A stretch of DNA of 64,000 nucleotides from Hyaloraphidium curvatum SAG 235-1 (taxonomy: Eukaryota; Fungi; Monoblepharomycota), in the NCBI GenBank assembly GCA_025558095.1, contig JAIVFI010000010.1:434001-498000 (forward strand). The letters are read 5' to 3'. Below are positions 22,453-34,988 of this stretch, piece by piece. The translations under genes were made by a program, and so were the position numbers. Each line of letters begins with the position of its first letter. The stretch's first letter is position 1. The notes under the pieces are model-generated. The model did not search any database and had not been told where the DNA came from. It saw only the letters and a list, made by a program, of their open reading frames with translations.

Positions 22453-24498
22453 ATGCGCGCCGCATTAGCCTCCGCGCTCCTCGCGCTCCTCGTGGCCTCC
22501 GCCGCCGCGCAGGATCCGACGACGTACGAATGCAACACCCTCGGAGATTGGCTCCGCCAGCGCAAGGCCTCCGGAATGGGCGACATCGGTTCCACGCCCG
22601 ACAACTGCTGCGCGTGGGATTATAGTGCTTTGTCACCCTCCGGCGGCACCCGCAAGGCGTCCTGCAACGCTGCCAGCGAGGTGCAGGTCCTGACCTGGCG
22701 CGGCGAGCTCAACGGCACCTTCAACTTCGCCGGCCTGTCGCCAAAGCAGACCCTGGACCCGGGGCAACTCTCGGCACGCTACGAGACCATCGACCTGTCG
22801 GGAAACCCGAACCTCCATGGCCCCATCATCCCCGGATCGCCGTCCACCTACGCCAGCATGAAAAGCCTCAACCTGTCGAACTCGGGCCTTTCCGGCCGCC
22901 TGCCGCGGATGGACGCCTGGATGCCGCAGCTCACGAGCTTCGACGTCAGCAACACCTTCCTCACCGGCTTCCTGCCGCAGATGCCCTCGGGCCTGGCCGT
23001 GTGCCGCATCCCGCCCTCGGTCTGCTACTACGCCGATGCGCCGTGGACCGCGTCGACGCCCAAGGCCTGCCTCGAGGGCCTGCCGCAGTGCCAGGGCACC
23101 TACCCGGCGCAGCGGCCCGACCCGACCATCCTGCCCCCGCTCCGGCCGCACTGGGGCGACGTGCCCGACCCTCTGAGCGCCAACGGGCTGGCCACCATCA
23201 GGGGGCAGTGCCAGGCGCTGCTGACCTGGCTCACGGCGCACGGCGCATCGATCAACGAGACCGAGTTCATGGAGTTTGCTGGAAATTCGTCATGCTGCGG
23301 GTGGGGCGTCGCGGGCCCAAACCTCAAGCGCATCTACTGCGCCCGCAACGACCAGGCCATCGTCCGCCTGGAGCTGCAGAACATGGGGCTCACGGGCGAC
23401 GCCGCCCAGCCACCGGACACGATGGCGCAGATCAAGGCCCTGGGCATCCTCCGCCTCGACAACAACCGCCTCACGGGCTTCCCGAGCTGGATCCTCAACA
23501 TGTCCGACATCGGGCAGCTGCTCGCGTCCAACTGCGAGCTCACCGGGCCGGTGCCGAACCTGACGCCCCTGGAGTCGCTCACGCAGATATGGCTGACCAA
23601 CAACTCGCTCACGGGGCCCATTCCCGCCGTGCGGGGGGTCACGGACAACTACTGCTTCCTCAACCCGCAGCGCGGGGCCGGGCCGTGCTACCAGAACGAT
23701 CCGCAGTGGAGCGAGCCCACCTGCCTCTGGGGTTACGGTAACCGTTGGGCCGAGTTCTGCACGGAGACGGTCCCCAGTGTTCCAGATGTCGTTCAGCCCC
23801 AGACCGATTGGGCCTGCGTTAAAACGGTCTGCGGCGAGAACCTGGTCGTGAGGCGCGTCTGGAGCTTCCAGCAGGGCATCACGATCCAGTGCAAGGGCGA
23901 CGGGAACGCGCCGTACGGGACCAACAGGCTCGCTTGCCAGTTCTGTGGGTGATCGATCCGCTGCATTGGACTGCGACAACTCTGACGCCCCTACGATGCA
24001 GACTCGGACGACAAGTGCACGGTCCCGACGACCATCACCAAGCCCCAGAACCGGCGGCTTGCCTCGCGCGCTCCCGCGGACGACGGCCCCGTGTGCATGC
24101 AGGAGGACACGTACACCGAGAGCTCGTGCATGTGCCCGTGCGCAAACTGGTGCGCCGCGGCGTGGGAGAGCTGGGGGCAGTTCCAGGCCAACTCGACGGC
24201 CGCGACCACGGCGACGGCGAGCACGGCGACGGTTACGGGCAGCGTTGTTCCGACTTCTCCTGCGACCACCGCCAGCGCGACGAGCGTGCCTGCAACGAGC
24301 ACGGCCGTGCCGACGTCGTCCGTGCCGGCTACATCTACCGTCGCGACTTCGAGCGCGGCTACAAGTGCGGCCACGAGCTCGGCGACGACTTCGGTGCTGC
24401 CGACGTCTACCACGTCGAGGCCGTCGGGTTGCGACAGGCTCGCAATCGGCTCGATCGCCGGGCTCATCGCGGCCGGCGCGTGCATGGTCGTGCTCTAG
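22453..24498 (+). CDS. Secreted LRR protein with Cys-rich module, Ser/Thr stalk and probable GPI signal
   Basis: Signal peptide MRAALASALLALLVASAAAQ; plant-type LRRs (LNLSNSGLSGRLP, LRLDNNRLTGFP, WLTNNSLTGPIP); intron 23945-24001; T/S-rich tract; hydrophobic C-terminus. Confidence 0.85.
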
Positions 24499-24639
24499 AA
24501 AATCCAGATCTATTGTAATGTAGAATGCCCGAATGTCGTATGTAGTGCTGGATGTAAGTGCACCTCACAACCGATGACGCGCCCAAACAAGTGCGAAGCG
24601 TCGGAGTTCGCTCCGCTGCCCCGCGCGTCCCCCACCACA

Positions 24640-27359
24640 ATGGCCGACCCGCAGCCGCTCAACGTGGTGTTCACGGTCGCGCCCGGCGGCAACGGCGTGC
24701 TGGAGGGGCTGTTCGGGGCGCTGGGCGGCGGCGACGCGGGCGACGCGGGCGGGGCCGCCGGGGTCGCGGGCGCCGTCCTGGGCGCGTTCGGGGCCGTCGC
24801 GGGCGGCGACCTGCTGGGACTGCTGCCGGGCATGCCGGGCATCGCCGCCCCGCCCGCCACGCTGCCCGCCGAGCCGTGTTCCGCGTTCCTGCCGGGGGGC
24901 GGCCGCGGGGCGCGCGTCACCGCAGCCGGCCTGCCCGCGCACACGAAGGCGCTGTCGGCCCCGCCCGAGCGGCGGCCCGCGGCGCGCAGGCTGCTGTCGC
25001 CGCTGCTCTGCATGCCCGACGAGCTGGTCACGCACGTCGCGGCTTTCGTCGACGCACCCGCCAACCTGTTTCGCACCTGCCGCGCGCTGCACCGCCTCTC
25101 GCGCCGCACGTCGCTCCGCGTCGAGTTTCTCGCCGCACGGGGCATCGACGCCGCGGGCGACTCGGCCGCTGCTTTCCTCAGAATCGTCTCGCCCGACGTC
25201 CTCGCCGGCCTGTTCGCCCGCGCCCCGGCCATGGCCCCCGTGCCGCGCTACCAGCTGCAGATCCTGCAGCGTCACCTGCTCTCGGCCGGGCGCGCGGACC
25301 TGCTGCCCGCGCTGCTGGCCTACCACGGTCGCACATACCCGTCGCCCGCCCCCGCCCTCCGCGAGCAGTGGGCCGTTCCCTACGGCGGCACGAGCGCGGC
25401 GGTCACCGATGCGGAGCTCTTTGGCGTGCTGTTGGGATCGCACCGCGTGCCGGAAGGCTGCGAGAGCCTCGTGATCGAAGGAATGGACGGCGGCTGGGCC
25501 GTCGAGGAGGTTTGTTCTGTATGCACCTCTCCTGCGTTTAGTGACTAATCAATCTTGTTCTGTGATCAGGACTCGGTGCTCACCGCGCTCCTCACCCTCC
25601 AATCCAAGTACCGCCTCCCGGCCTCGTTCGCGCAGCCCGGCTTCTCCCCCCTGTCAAAATCCCTCTCGAACCTCTCCCTCCGCCCCACCGCCGCACTCCC
25701 CCTGGCCCCCGGCAACCCCAACATCATCGACACCTTTCCCTTTGCCGGCGACCGCGCGTGCGACGTCCGCCGCGACGCCAACGTGCCCGGCACCGACGAG
25801 CCGCACGCGCTGCTGGTCCGCAAGGCGCACGAGGGCGACGCAGTCGCGTGCTCCCGCCTCGCCGCGCTGGGGGTCCGCGCGGCTAGGCTGCCGGACCCGC
25901 TGTACGCGCGTGCCGCCGCCGAGGGCCTGCTCTCCCAGACCGAAGTGGCCCGCAACGCGCTCGCCAATCCCGCAGCGGCGGCCGAGTTCCTCCTCTCCAC
26001 CGATGCAACCAAGCCCGCGGGGCAGCTCACGGCCGCGGGGGTCGAGGCCGGGCTGTGCTCGCGGTACGGCGTGCGCGTGAGGGACAGGGCGCACGAGGAC
26101 GCTGTGGCGGCGGCGGCAGCGGCGGGGCGGGTCGAGGCGCTGAGGGTGCTGCTGGACAGCGAGAATGCGTACGGGAGGTGGGAGACGGGGGAGGGAAAGG
26201 CGCTGCTCAAGAAGCTGCTGCAGGTGGGTCTATGAGTGCAGTGGCCGAGCCCGGTCTGACGGATCCGTTTTGACAGGCATGCAAGAGCAACACCGAAACC
26301 TACAACCTCGTCAAGAGCTACTGCGGCGTTGGAATATCCGAGGACAAGGTGCGTTTGCGGTCCCTGCGAGACATTGGACCTCCCTCAAGCACCGTCTCCA
26401 CAGTCCGTCGCCCTCCTCGCCTCGTTCCTGGCCGCCGACGAGCAAGCCATCCGCAACCAGGTCGCCGCCGGGGCCAAGCTCACGACCGCGCAGTTCGCCG
26501 CCGCGATGCGCTCCCCCTCGGCCCGCCCCGCGCTCCCGCTGCTCTTCTCGCTGTGCCCACTCGACGCGACCGCCCTCGAGCAGGTCCTCAAGCTCGTCCT
26601 CCCCGCCTCCGCGGCCCTCGCCATCTTCGGCAACGACCCCAACCCCGCCGACCCCGCCTTGGTCGCGGCCGTCTCGGGCCTGCTCGCGCACTACGAGGCG
26701 CACTGGCGCCGGCCCGCGGGCCGCCGCGTGCTCAACAGGCTGTTCGAGCGCGCGGGGGAGGCGTGGAGGACGGTGCTGCGGCCGTTCATGGGGACCCCGG
26801 AGGAGTGCGGCGTCGCGAGCACCGCGGCCAAGTGGGATCTGCGGAGGGCGGTGCGGGCCGGGGACGTCGAGGTGGGCATCCTTCTTCGCTCGCATATTCA
26901 TGCAAAGGAACTGACGATCTGCAGGCGGTCGCCGATCTCCACGCCCGCGGCGTGCGCGTCTACCTCGACCCCGAGCTCTTCGGCGCGCAGCGCCCCCCCG
27001 CCGTCGCGCACGAGGACGCCCTCGTGGCGCTGTGGGACCTCGCCGCGCGCGAGGCCCACCCGGCCGACCGCACACGGTTCCTCGGCGAGGCGGTGTACAT
27101 GATGGCCGACCGCACGGCGATGCACGCGCTGCGGAACGGCGCGGCGCCGGACGAGGGGATGCTGCTGGAGTGCGTCAGGAGGGGGGACGAGGGGGGGGGG
27201 GAGCTGTTCGCGGCGGCGCTCGAGGCGGCGAGGGCGGGGCGGCACGCGCTCACGCTCGAGGCGGCGCATGCGGCCATCGTCTCCGCGGGCGGATGGTGGG
27301 CCGAGAAGTGGGGCGAGTACAGGAGCGCGGTCGACGCAGATGGTGAGGAAGGGGCGTGA
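24640..27359 (+). CDS. Large hypothetical protein with F-box-like motif and helical repeats, spliced
   Basis: LLCMPDELVTHVAAFV...LFRTCRAL. Consecutive coding-like ORFs joined by ~4 short GT-AG introns; exon structure approximate. Confidence 0.6.
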
Positions 27360-27546
27360 GCTTGTGCAAGGTCGTCAATGGCGTGCTGCGGACTGCAGGT
27401 CTTCTGGACTGGCCATGGCTTTGTCGATCGTGATACCTCTTTCGATGTGATTCTTTGACATGCGATACACTCCTCTAGCGTTTCGCCCAATGCTCCAAGT
27501 ATGTGTGCACGTCCCAATTCATTCAGTTCGATCTTTGGCATCAAGA

Positions 27547-29179
27547 GATCTTGCCGATGCTTGCCGATTGGCACGGAGCAGCGTGCGACCTCGTGCCATC
27601 GCGCCTCGCGGCGGAGCGGTAGGAGCGTCGTGGCTGGGGCCGAAGCCGCAGGGGCCCTCCGGGCCGCCCCCCTACCCGGACTTGCCGTCTTGCCGCCCTG
27701 CCGACGCTGTCGATGCCGAGCTTGTGCGATGCGCTGCGCTGCGAGGAAGGGTGGTCGTTAGCATGCGGCCGGCTGGCCGCATTGTGCTTGAGGTTGAACG
27801 TTGTCGCTTGGAGCCGACCTTGTCCGCCTTGCTGTTGGGCCCAGGGCAGCTCGCGTCCCCACTGCCGCCCACGCCTTGCGGCGAGACGGCTCACCGGGCG
27901 ACGCTGCTGGGGCCGCAGCCGCAGAGGTCCTCTTTGAACCGCCCCCTTACCCGTTGCTGACCTTGCCGAGGTGCCGACGTGCCGAGGCCGGCCTTGCCCG
28001 CCTTGCCGTTGGGCCCAGGGCAGCACACGACCCCGCCGCATCGCACCTCCCGGCGGAGCTGGCAAAGGGCGTCGTGGCTGGGGCCGCAGCCGCAGAGGCC
28101 CCCCGGGCCGCCCCCTTACCCATACCTGCGCGTGCCTGGCAAAAAGGCCGCGGTCTTGGTGCGGAGCAGCCTGCGACCCCGTTCCGCATCGCGCATCGCG
28201 CCTCGCGGCGGAGCTGGCAACGAGCGTCGTGACTGGGGCCGAAGCCGCAGGGGCCCCCCGGGCCACCCCCCTACCCGGACTAGGTCTTGCCGAGGGCCGG
28301 TGCTGTCGAGGCCGACCTTGAGCTGCGCTGCGCTACGAGGAAGGGTGAAAGTTAGGATGCGGCAAGCCGGCCGCCTTGTGCTTGAGGTTGACGTTGCCGC
28401 TTGGAGTCGACCTTGCCCGCCTTGCTGTTTGGCCCAGGGCAGCTCGCGTCCCCACTGCCGCCCGCGCCTTGCGGCGGGACGGGTCACCGGGCGGCGCTGC
28501 TGGGGCCGCAGCCGCAGAAGTCCTCCACGGACCGCCCCCTTACCCGTCGCTGACCTTGCCGGGCCCAGGGCAGCTCGCCTCCCCACTGCCGTCCGCGCCT
28601 TGCGGCGGGGCGGATCACCGGGCGACGCTGCTGGGGCCGAAGCCGCAGGGATCCTCCGCAGACCACCCCCCTACCCGGTCCTGTCGCCCTGCCGCCCTGG
28701 CGTCCGATCGGCCTGAAAGGAACGCAATATTAGCGCGATATCTCTGCGTCGACGGGTGCCAACCTGCCTTGCCGTGCGCCCCCACGCGTGGACGGCACCC
28801 CCCCTCCCGACGCCCTCCCAAACAATGGGCCGTGCGCCGCCGCCAGCGCCGCCCCGCGGGCGCCCCGCCGCGCACGTGTCCGCCCGTGCACGGGCAACAG
28901 CCGGGGGGCACGCCGGCCCGGGGCGGCGCGGCGCGGGGGCGGGGGAGGGTGCCGTTGATTGAGGTCCAAATTGCGCAAGTCTCAGATTCGGATGCCGCCG
29001 GCTTATATACTTCCTAACCCAGCTCTACCCTAGCGCATCGCGATGCGGCGAATCGAGTACTCTCCACAGCTAGCTCGCTGCCCGGGCTGCCGCCTCCGGG
29101 GGGTCACGCATTTGCATTCGCCCTTTTCGGCACCCGTTCCGGCCGCCGCAACCGCCGCCCCGCCGCCCTGGGAGACAGG
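27547..29179 (-). repeat. Unclassified dispersed repeat, copy 1, with internal degenerate tandem subrepeats
   Basis: The reverse complement matches 49948-51329, closely over ~28570-29130. Recurrent CTGGGGCCG(A/C)AGCCGCAG core; no credible protein. Confidence 0.85.
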
Positions 29180-29684
29180 ACGAATGCTTCGTCGATTCGT
29201 GTCGGTTTGCGCGATTCCCGCTCCAAGGTCAATGATTGGACTTGGCACAACGTGCTGCGGGCACCTGGCATGCTTTCCTCATAAACTGGAGCAGTTCTAT
29301 ACCCTGCGTCCTTCGCCCTGTCCGCTGCCCGCCGCTCTGCCGCGCCAGTTTGCACAGGGGGCCACGGAATAGCCCTTGCCGGACAAAGTGCTAGCTGTCC
29401 AAGCTCCAGCGTGCAACGACCGGTCTGCTGAAGGAAGCCCGGTGGTGAAGTCCCTGCGAACCATCCGCGGCGTGGCGGTGTGGGGCGGCGGGCCGGCCGC
29501 AGGTCCCCCACGAAGGTTCCACTCCGCCCCCCGCGCCGCCCGCTCCAGAACAGCCGTGCGCAGATAAGGCGTGCTGAGTGCCCGCCGGAAGCAACATCGC
29601 AACCGAGCAGAGAATCCCCGCCGCGAACCCGCGCGGCAGGGCCCGTGTTAGCGCCGCCCCACGAACCCGCCCGCAAACAGCGCG

Positions 29685-31439
29685 ATGTCGGCGCCGCCCG
29701 CCAAGGACGAGGAGTTGATGGACGCCGCCGCGCCGCCTAAGCAGCGCCGCATTTGGCCCTGGGTGCTCGGCGGAGTGCTCGGAGCCGCCGCCATCGCGGG
29801 CATCGTCGCCGGCGCGGTGGTCGGCACCCAGAACGCAAAGGCCGCCTCCGCGGTCAAGACGCCGACGCCGACCGCAACAGCGACGCCGACCTCCTCGTTT
29901 ATTGCGACGCCGACGCCCTTCCCCGTCTCATTCGCGAACCGCACCTCCCACCGCCTGGCTGTCATCGGCTGCCTCGCTCGCTACTTCCCCTCCTCACGCA
30001 TCGTCGATCCTTCCGATCCGAACTTTGACGCACTCGCAGAGGACTTCAATTCGTACTGGAACGCCATCAACGAGCCCCTGGTTATCGTTCTGCCCGTCGA
30101 CCCTTCGGAGGTCGGCGGCGCAGTCCTGTGCGCGCGCGCCGTGGGCCCAAACACGCCGATCGTACCTCGTTCAGGTGGGCACAGCTATGAGGGCTACTCG
30201 CTGGCCCGCGACGGCATCGTCGTGGACCTCAGGCGAATGAGCGATGTGCGCGTCGTCAACGACGCCGAGCGCATCGTGGACATTGGAGGCGGCGCGTGGC
30301 TCGGCAAAGTCTACTACGAGTTGCTGCGTTCTCGCGGATGGGTGCTGCCTGGCGGCGACTGCCCGTCCGTGGGCATCGGCGGGCACGCCCAGGGCGGCGG
30401 CTTCGGCGTGATCTCGCGCAAATGGGGGCTCGTCGTGGACACGATGGTCCAGGTCCAGATGGTGGACGCCGCCGGAAAGGTGGTCAACGCCAGCGCGGAC
30501 GAAAACCCGGAGCTGTTTTGGGCAGTACGCGGCGGCGGCGGCGGAAACTTTGGCATTGTCACACGGTTTCGCGCCAAGGCCGTGCCTATCACGCCCACGG
30601 TGTCGTCGGCTGTCTGGAGTTTCCCGAGCGCAAATGCCGTCCCTGCCATCGATGCGCTCGTGCGCACCGGCTGGACCTGGACCGAGAACGTCACGACGAC
30701 ATTCTACGTGGACAACCAGGGCAGCGTGTCGCTCACTGCTTTTTTCTCCGGCCCCGCGGCCGACTTCCCGATCGCCGAGATCGACGCCAGCTTCCCGGGG
30801 CTGAACGCCACGCGGTCTGGCCCCAACGAGTACAACGGCACCTTCGCTTACCTCCAGATGTTGTATCCCGACATGAGTAACTTTGCCCTACTGACGGACA
30901 AGAGATACGTCGACTCGGCCCGCATGGGCTGGACGAACGACAACTATTTCAAAGCCAAGAGCTTCTACTTCGCCCAGCCCTCCTTCGGCACCTCGCAGGG
31001 CTCTGCGGCCCTCCTCGACGGCCTGCGCGCTGCCCCGGACCCGATCCGTCAGGCGACCTGGTTCCAACTCGATTCCTACGGCGGCCGCATCGCCACCTGC
31101 GGCGCCCCGGGCTACCCGATCTACACGGCCAACGCCTCGCAGTGCCAGCAGAGCACAGCGTTTGTGCACCGCGCCCCGGACCTGGTCAACGTGCAGATGT
31201 ATACAAGTTGGAACAACGACTCCTTCTCTTCCCTTGCGCTGGACTACATGCGGGCTTGGGGCGACCGCGTGGCCCCATGGAGCACGGGATTGGCATACCA
31301 AAACTACATTGATAATGATCTTGGGACGAACTTGACGGCATACTACGGAGGGGCGCTCCCGGCGCTCGGTCAGGTCAAGGGGCGGTGGGATCCGAGCAAC
31401 GTGTTCAGGTTCGCGCAGTCGATTCCTCCGAGCACTTAA
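29685..31439 (+). CDS. Berberine-bridge-enzyme-like FAD-linked oxidoreductase with N-terminal membrane anchor
   Basis: RSGGHSYEG, GGDCPSVGIGGHAQGGG (His/Cys covalent FAD sites), LFWAVRGGGGGNFGIVT, YQNYID...YYG...KGRWDPSNVF. Intronless. Confidence 0.93.
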   Translation: MSAPPAKDEELMDAAAPPKQRRIWPWVLGGVLGAAAIAGIVAGAVVGTQNAKAASAVKTPTPTATATPTSSFIATPTPFPVSFANRTSHRLAVIGCLARYFPSSRIVDPSDPNFDALAEDFNSYWNAINEPLVIVLPVDPSEVGGAVLCARAVGPNTPIVPRSGGHSYEGYSLARDGIVVDLRRMSDVRVVNDAERIVDIGGGAWLGKVYYELLRSRGWVLPGGDCPSVGIGGHAQGGGFGVISRKWGLVVDTMVQVQMVDAAGKVVNASADENPELFWAVRGGGGGNFGIVTRFRAKAVPITPTVSSAVWSFPSANAVPAIDALVRTGWTWTENVTTTFYVDNQGSVSLTAFFSGPAADFPIAEIDASFPGLNATRSGPNEYNGTFAYLQMLYPDMSNFALLTDKRYVDSARMGWTNDNYFKAKSFYFAQPSFGTSQGSAALLDGLRAAPDPIRQATWFQLDSYGGRIATCGAPGYPIYTANASQCQQSTAFVHRAPDLVNVQMYTSWNNDSFSSLALDYMRAWGDRVAPWSTGLAYQNYIDNDLGTNLTAYYGGALPALGQVKGRWDPSNVFRFAQSIPPST

Positions 31440-31606
31440 GCGGCTCTTTGTGGCAATTTCTTAGGTATATTTGTCACTCGATAGTAAATGCATTGATGCT
31501 GAATTCATGAATCGTATTCGGTATACAATGCAATGACATTCTTCGCGTCCCTCCATTGGAACACAAATCCCCGCTCCACGTCCGCAAAGGTGGACCCGCC
31601 GTCGCC

Positions 31607-33565
31607 TCAAGCAGCCACCTTGATCCCGTTGGCCTCGCCGTCGTCGAGCAGCTTCCGCGCCCTGTCCCTCCCGAGCCTCTTGGCCGCATCCCGCAGCTTC
31701 TGCTCCTCCATGCCCTCGCACTCGGCGACCAGCCGATCGAATTCGGCCTGGAAGAGCTCGCACACGCGCTGCGCGTCGCCTTCCGAGAACCATTCGCCGG
31801 GGGCGCGGGGGGAAAGGGTCTTGTCGATGTCAGTGTACAGCGTCAGGGCGACCGAGTCGCCGTACTGCGGTCATCGACGAGTCCATTAGCGTAGGTAGTA
31901 GCGAACCATCGACATGGTACTCACGGAGAGAATCGTCATGTTCTGACCCTGGGGTCCGTTCGGCGGACCAATCGGCCACATGTTCTCGATGACCGCAGGT
32001 CCAAACACTGCACGGGGTAGAGTCAGCAAAACAACGAGGCACGAAGCAGGCTTGTTTGTGCAACTCACTGAGCTTCTTCTGCGGCCCGGGCACGTTCGAG
32101 ATGACACCGTGGAGCTTCCCCATTGACGTCAAGGTGATGCTTCGGCTAATGAGCCACGGGAACATCAAACCACGTTGAGAATGAAGCCCAACATAAGGTT
32201 CAACCGATCGTTTGAGCAGGGACATGCGCTGGTTGACGTCCAGGGCGCGCTGCACCGGCGAAGCGATGTGCGTGGGAACGCTAAGAAGGTATCCGGAGCT
32301 CTGATTGTTGATCGCGAAGTCGCTATTAACAAAAAGATCAGTTTCGGTCAAATTGTGCAGACGTAGACACCAACCGATCGGCGCGGTAGCTCGTGGGCAC
32401 AAGGAACACAAAGTGCCCGTCCTTCAGCTGGCCCTTCTCACGCAAGGCTTCCTGGAGGGCGCCGACGAGGAGCGAGACCATGAGGTCGTTGACGGTAGCC
32501 GACCCCACGCTATCCTTGGCCCGCCGGAGGGCGGCGAGGGACACGGGGGCCGACCAGGCGATCTGCTTGTCCGGCAGGCCTTGAGCGCGCTTGGTCGGGC
32601 TGTTGGCCCACGGGCCACGCCTCCGCGTGGTGTTGACGAGGATGCCGACCCAGACAAGGTTCTGGATGTACAGCAAGATGCTGTAGAGGAGGACGACGAG
32701 CTGCTTGATCGACTCCGCGGCGCGGGTGAACCAGGTTTTGGTCTCCTCGGCGATGCTCTTGCGCCTTCCTTTGACGGCCGAAGCCTTGAACTGCAGCGCA
32801 GCGACCTGGTCCGTAGAAGCTCGGTTCACCGCACGTCCGACAGCCGGATCAAAGTTTGCGGTCCACTTTAACAAAGCCTTGGTCGATCCCTGACCGTCCG
32901 TGATGGCATGGTGGAAGCGCCAGACCACGTAGCTCTTCCCGTCCACGTCCAGCAGCATCATCTGCCACAAGGGATGCTGCCAATCGTAGCCACTCGATAC
33001 GAAGGAGCACACAGCCTCCTGGAGGTCCTTGTCCGTGGAGCCAGGCGGCAATCGCTTGAAAACGTAGTGGTTGTTCACGTCGAAGCTCTCGTCCAGCTCC
33101 CAGTAGGGGCGGCCCAGAAGCCATTCGTTGCGAACCAGCCGCTTGATGTACCGGTCCCCAGTGAAGCGAGCAAAGTCGTCGGCGAGGACGCGGCCTTGTT
33201 CCTCTGTAATAGGCGACTGGAGCAAGTAGAGGCCGCCGCAGGTCATCGTCTCGTTGGGGATCTCCCTAGGGGCCAGTTCATCCGTTAGGCATTGAATGGA
33301 AGAGAGAGGTTCATCCGAAAGGCAGATCGGATAGCGATGGAATGATACGGGAAGGAGAGAGCAGACCGCGTGGAAAGATGAGCTTTCTGGTCGCCGGCGT
33401 TACAACCGAGCGACGCGACCAACCCAATGAGAAAGCCGTTGTCATTGCCTCGCAAGTAGTCGCGCTGAGGCGGGAGTCCGTAAGGAAACCTGTAGGCAGA
33501 GCGGGGTTCGTTCCGCTTAGAACCCTGACGCTGTCTCCCGCTCACAAACGAGCTGGCCGTACCAT
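31607..33565 (-). CDS. Wax ester synthase/diacylglycerol acyltransferase (WS/DGAT) family, spliced
   Basis: PLWQM, catalytic HHAITDG, ATVNDLMVS, ISNVPGP. N-terminal exon boundaries approximate. Confidence 0.85.
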
Positions 33566-33806
33566 TGTTTGACGTCCGCGAGGAACGCAGGCAGCTGAAC
33601 GGTTGCAGCGTGAAGAAGAAAATCCGCCATCGTGCAGTCGCTTCAAAAAGTCGCCGACGGTTCCGTTTTTGAGCGATGCGCGTCGAGCGCGGGATGGCTG
33701 ATCACAGGCCCGACGAGTCGCTTTTGTCGGCCCCGAGTTCCGATTCGGCTCGCAAGCCGCCGCCGCTCTCCTAAGGCTATCTACCACTCATCGTTACGAT
33801 CTAGAA

Positions 33807-34811
33807 ATGGGGCTGGATGAATTGCTGGCCATGGATCGCGCGGATGACCGGAATGGCGCCGCGTTCAGCGGTGTGTTTGGCCCCGGGCTGCTGAACCAAT
33901 GGGGAGGCGTGCAGGGCGGCATCTTGATGGCATTAACGGTCAAGGCGCTCTGTGATACTTGTAGAGGATCGCCACATCCGGACGTGAGGCACTACCACGT
34001 TACCTTCTATTCTGCTCCGAAGGGCGGCAGCTCCTTTGTGATTGAAGTACGAAAGCTCCATCAAACTCGGAACTTTACCTTTCTGGAGGGAGAGATGCTC
34101 GAGAACGCGGATGGAAACGTACCATATCTCCGGTTCCAAGCCGTGGCCTGCGACTTTTCGTTGGCGACTTCATTGGATGTCTTGCCATCTCCCACTGGGC
34201 CTCCGGTCAAGGCTCAGCGTACGTCGGATTGGCTCAATCCATTTTCAACCGCAACAATCGGCTCCTTGAAGGACTTGACTCGCATCGAGGACTTCTCCGC
34301 CTTGCCGTCCTTCTGGGATTCCATTTCGTTCGCCCGTCACGTGTTTGCTGCAACGCCAATCTTCGAACAGCTTCTCGATCTGCGACTTTACCCCGATTCT
34401 GCAGCTGCCATAGCTGCAGGGGTGGCTCGTAAACCCCCAGTAGGAGGAGTCAGCCCGGCATCGGCTTCCTTCGATCAGCCCGTTTCTTTCTTTGCCGGTT
34501 CCCCGGATCGCCGGCCAGTTGATCCCATATTCCTTGCGCTTCTTTCGGAGACCCCGGCTTGCATCAATGCTCTGCTGCCGCCGCGACAGATTGTTACTCG
34601 GAACATCACCGTTTCCGTTCTCTCCTTCACCCTGGACTTTTTCGCGAGAGTTCCGTCCCGCGACTTCTTGCTCGTGAGGAATTTCCACCAGGGCTATTGT
34701 GGTGACGTGGGGATGCCCGAAACAACGGTCTGGGATCAAGAGACGGGACGCCTCATCATGACCGGTCGGGGAGTCGCGCTGATGCGAAATTTGGATAGGG
34801 GAAAGATCTAG
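33807..34811 (+). CDS. Acyl-CoA thioesterase-like double hot-dog protein
   Basis: WGGVQGGILMAL, VTFYSAP, VLSFTLDF, TTVWDQETGRLIMTGRG. Confidence 0.75.
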   Translation: MGLDELLAMDRADDRNGAAFSGVFGPGLLNQWGGVQGGILMALTVKALCDTCRGSPHPDVRHYHVTFYSAPKGGSSFVIEVRKLHQTRNFTFLEGEMLENADGNVPYLRFQAVACDFSLATSLDVLPSPTGPPVKAQRTSDWLNPFSTATIGSLKDLTRIEDFSALPSFWDSISFARHVFAATPIFEQLLDLRLYPDSAAAIAAGVARKPPVGGVSPASASFDQPVSFFAGSPDRRPVDPIFLALLSETPACINALLPPRQIVTRNITVSVLSFTLDFFARVPSRDFLLVRNFHQGYCGDVGMPETTVWDQETGRLIMTGRGVALMRNLDRGKI

Positions 34812-34988
34812 ATCTAGACAATACACGGGCAGGCGTCAATGTTGCCTCCAGCTTTGCTCGCTCGCTCCTTCGCTTTTTTCATAGACGTAGATAGTCTGGG
34901 GTGATCGGCAGCCTGCAAGGGGAGGAGGAGGAGTGATCGTTCCTAGCCCCCAACGTACCCCTCGCAACCCATCGGAGCGTGCATCACG

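Noticed and set aside
27600-28700. Recurring CTGGGGCCG(A/C)AGCCGCAG units as a CRISPR-like array
   Set aside because: Spacing is irregular, the spacers are themselves related, there are no cas genes, and the context is eukaryotic.
29012-29033. CCTAACCC...CTACCCTAG as interstitial telomere
   Set aside because: Isolated degenerate matches inside the dispersed repeat, not a tandem array.
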